Origin: Toensbergia leucococca
Lineage: Eukaryota
Direction of reading: 5' to 3'
DNA: 21,603 bases
Assembly: GCA_022813965.1 (NCBI GenBank)
Contig: JALDZS010000044.1
Span: 124,001-145,603 of the forward strand
Shown: positions 19,967 through 21,603 of the stretch, in pieces
Numbering within the stretch: position 1 is the first letter of the stretch
Layout of the letters: the number at the start of each line of letters is the position of its first letter
Notes under the pieces: model-generated
Told to the model about the DNA's origin: nothing
Database searches by the model: none
Seen by the model: only the letters and a program-made list of their open reading frames with translations
Position numbers and translations under genes: made by a program

Positions 19967-20866
19967 ATGGCGTCAATACATTTGAATAACGGATTCAAAG
20001 TCGTTCTTATATCAGCTTTATTAATATCTCTCTCTGAATTGTGCTCTGCCAGACGAAATATTTTTCGAAGACGAGACAATGGTCCCTATCCTTACGACAC
20101 AGGTGGCGTTGCTCTACAGGAAACCTGTTTGCCCACCGAATTTTACGAGGGCTTCAAAGCCCAGACTGCCGTCGAGGATGCCGCAATTCTCATTCGAGCC
20201 GCGCTTACGGCTGTAGGCTCTCCAGACTCAGTGCCTTTCGACTATTTCTTCAACCCCGCCGATGCCCCTATCGTTGAGGGCATATTTGATGCCATATTAA
20301 ATGCCATTGTTTATGCACAGGGCCCAGCAGTCGACATCTGGTGTGCAGACTGGGGAATCAACACGTGCGCATGGGCAGACGCTTATGCGGATACTCAAGG
20401 CCCGCAAGAAGGCCGCGCCGCCATTACCCTTTGCCCGAAAATACTGTCGGTTGCGAGGGGACCTCCTCCTTGCACATACGACGCCGGTATCCTCGGAATA
20501 GGCTACTTTATGTTGCATGAGCTCCTTCAAATTAATACTTTGACGGGGATGAATATGAGCAATACCGCGTACGGGGCGAGAAATTGCTCCGCCCTTCGTG
20601 GCCCCGGGCTTGCAACATCAAACGCAGACAACTACTCGCAATTGGCGATTTGGGCTTGGGGTCTGGGTCTTGGCGCCGAACCTTACACTGGTCCTCAGTG
20701 TACCAACCTATTTAGCCACGGCAATTTTGACGTGATTGTGATTCCGATCGATGGAGGAGGAACGACTCCAAATACCACTTGGGGTCAAACTTTTCAATAC
20801 GTGAAATCGTCCTCGATGACCGCCAATGACAGTATAGCCGATTTGCAGACGAATCTATTACCCTAG
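19967..20866 (+). CDS. Secreted M35/deuterolysin (aspzincin)-like protein with degenerate zinc-binding motif
   Basis: Signal peptide MASIHLNNGFKVVLISALLISLSELCSA, Kex2-like RRR, FDYFF, ITLCP, MLHELLQ, NTAYGARNC, NADNY. The layout matches HExxH...DxxYG...NADxY of M35-like metallopeptidases. ATG 19967 preferred over 19934. Confidence 0.75.
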   Translation: MASIHLNNGFKVVLISALLISLSELCSARRNIFRRRDNGPYPYDTGGVALQETCLPTEFYEGFKAQTAVEDAAILIRAALTAVGSPDSVPFDYFFNPADAPIVEGIFDAILNAIVYAQGPAVDIWCADWGINTCAWADAYADTQGPQEGRAAITLCPKILSVARGPPPCTYDAGILGIGYFMLHELLQINTLTGMNMSNTAYGARNCSALRGPGLATSNADNYSQLAIWAWGLGLGAEPYTGPQCTNLFSHGNFDVIVIPIDGGGTTPNTTWGQTFQYVKSSSMTANDSIADLQTNLLP

Positions 20867-21079
20867 GTTAGTCGGAATCGTCATGATTCTGATGGCACTG
20901 GTGCTTGAAATATTAGCAAAGTTCCAAACTTAAAGTCCCATCAGACTTCACTCCCAGAATCGAGATCGTTCTCGACAGACATCCAGCGCTATGCCAACCT
21001 CTCACGACGTTCAGTGCTTCAGGCGCTCACGAGCAAACACATGAGGAGCGGCAGGGTCAATCGAATTCAGCGTGAAGCA

Positions 21080-21319
21080 TTAAATCGGTGTTTTGGATCG
21101 GATATTGCAATGTAAACCATAGTCTACAACAAGTTGAGTGCCTTGAAAGTTTTTGCATGAAAGCATTGTATTAACATCCTTTCCAAAGCATCGCTGCACC
21201 TCTTCATCAGGCTGATCTTCCACGCATTTCCTTTGTTCTATTGCATTACCTACACATCTAGATACCAAAACAGCAAGCGCAGCTCTCAGCTGGACCAAAT
21301 TCAAAAAAGTCCTCATCAT
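21080..21319 (-). CDS. Possible small secreted cysteine-containing protein (or gene fragment)
   Basis: MMRTFLNLVQLRAALAVLVSRCVG resembles a signal peptide, followed by NAIEQR and a short region with 4 more Cys. No family recognised. Confidence 0.35.
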   Translation of the reverse strand: MMRTFLNLVQLRAALAVLVSRCVGNAIEQRKCVEDQPDEEVQRCFGKDVNTMLSCKNFQGTQLVVDYGLHCNIRSKTPI

Positions 21320-21554
21320 CTTTCCAAGAAACACACAGGCCTCTTATAACGTTTCGTGAAAAAAATGAAAAACGAATTGATCAAGATAGAGATCCTGAAA
21401 ATCGAGCATTGTAATCAACTGAAAAAAAAAGGATAAAGACCTTGGTTCTCTACCTCTATGCATTTTTGCCTTCACTCCACAACCGAGGCCAACAACCCAA
21501 TGGAAGTACCAAAACCAACCCAGTCACTAAACCACAAGCCCCCTCCCAATTCTC

Positions 21555-21592
21555 AAAAAAAAAAAAAAAAAAAAAAAAAACGAAAAAAAAAA
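21555..21592 (+). repeat. Poly(A) tract (A26-CG-A10)
   Basis: Directly visible at the window end, within C/A-rich sequence. Confidence 0.9.
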
Positions 21593-21603
21593 CGCCCCCC
21601 CGA

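Noticed and set aside
1..21603. CRISPR arrays, tRNA/rRNA genes, prokaryote-type operon or defence system, secondary-metabolite cluster
   Set aside because: None seen; the window is intron-containing fungal DNA with functionally unrelated housekeeping genes.

Overview
This is eukaryotic DNA from a filamentous ascomycete (Pezizomycotina-type): genes carry short GT-AG introns with CTRAY branch points, so most raw ORFs are exon fragments or antisense shadows. Gene models rebuilt by eye, in order: an APC/LAT-type amino acid permease (-), mitochondrial MutS homologue MSH1 (+), an orphan ORF with a retrotransposon gag-like segment and a 63-bp tandem repeat (+), an unexplained C-rich to G-rich locus with a G58 run (about 8.55-9.6 kb), the ER SNARE SEC20 ending in RDEL (-), a decayed Tc1/mariner-like transposase (-), mitoribosomal MRPL44/mL53 (+), inorganic pyrophosphatase IPP1 (-), tRNA-dihydrouridine synthase DUS2/SMM1 (+), clamp-loader subunit RFC2 (-), a secreted M35/deuterolysin-like protein that appears to lack two zinc ligands (+), and a possible small secreted Cys-containing protein (-). 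Most of the window is ordinary housekeeping sequence and I found no convincing new multi-gene system. The best leads are the unexplained 8.55-9.6 kb locus, the probable pseudo-protease, two transposon-derived ORFs that may be domesticated, and an in-frame N-terminal extension of IPP1. All family calls are from motif recognition; no database search was run.
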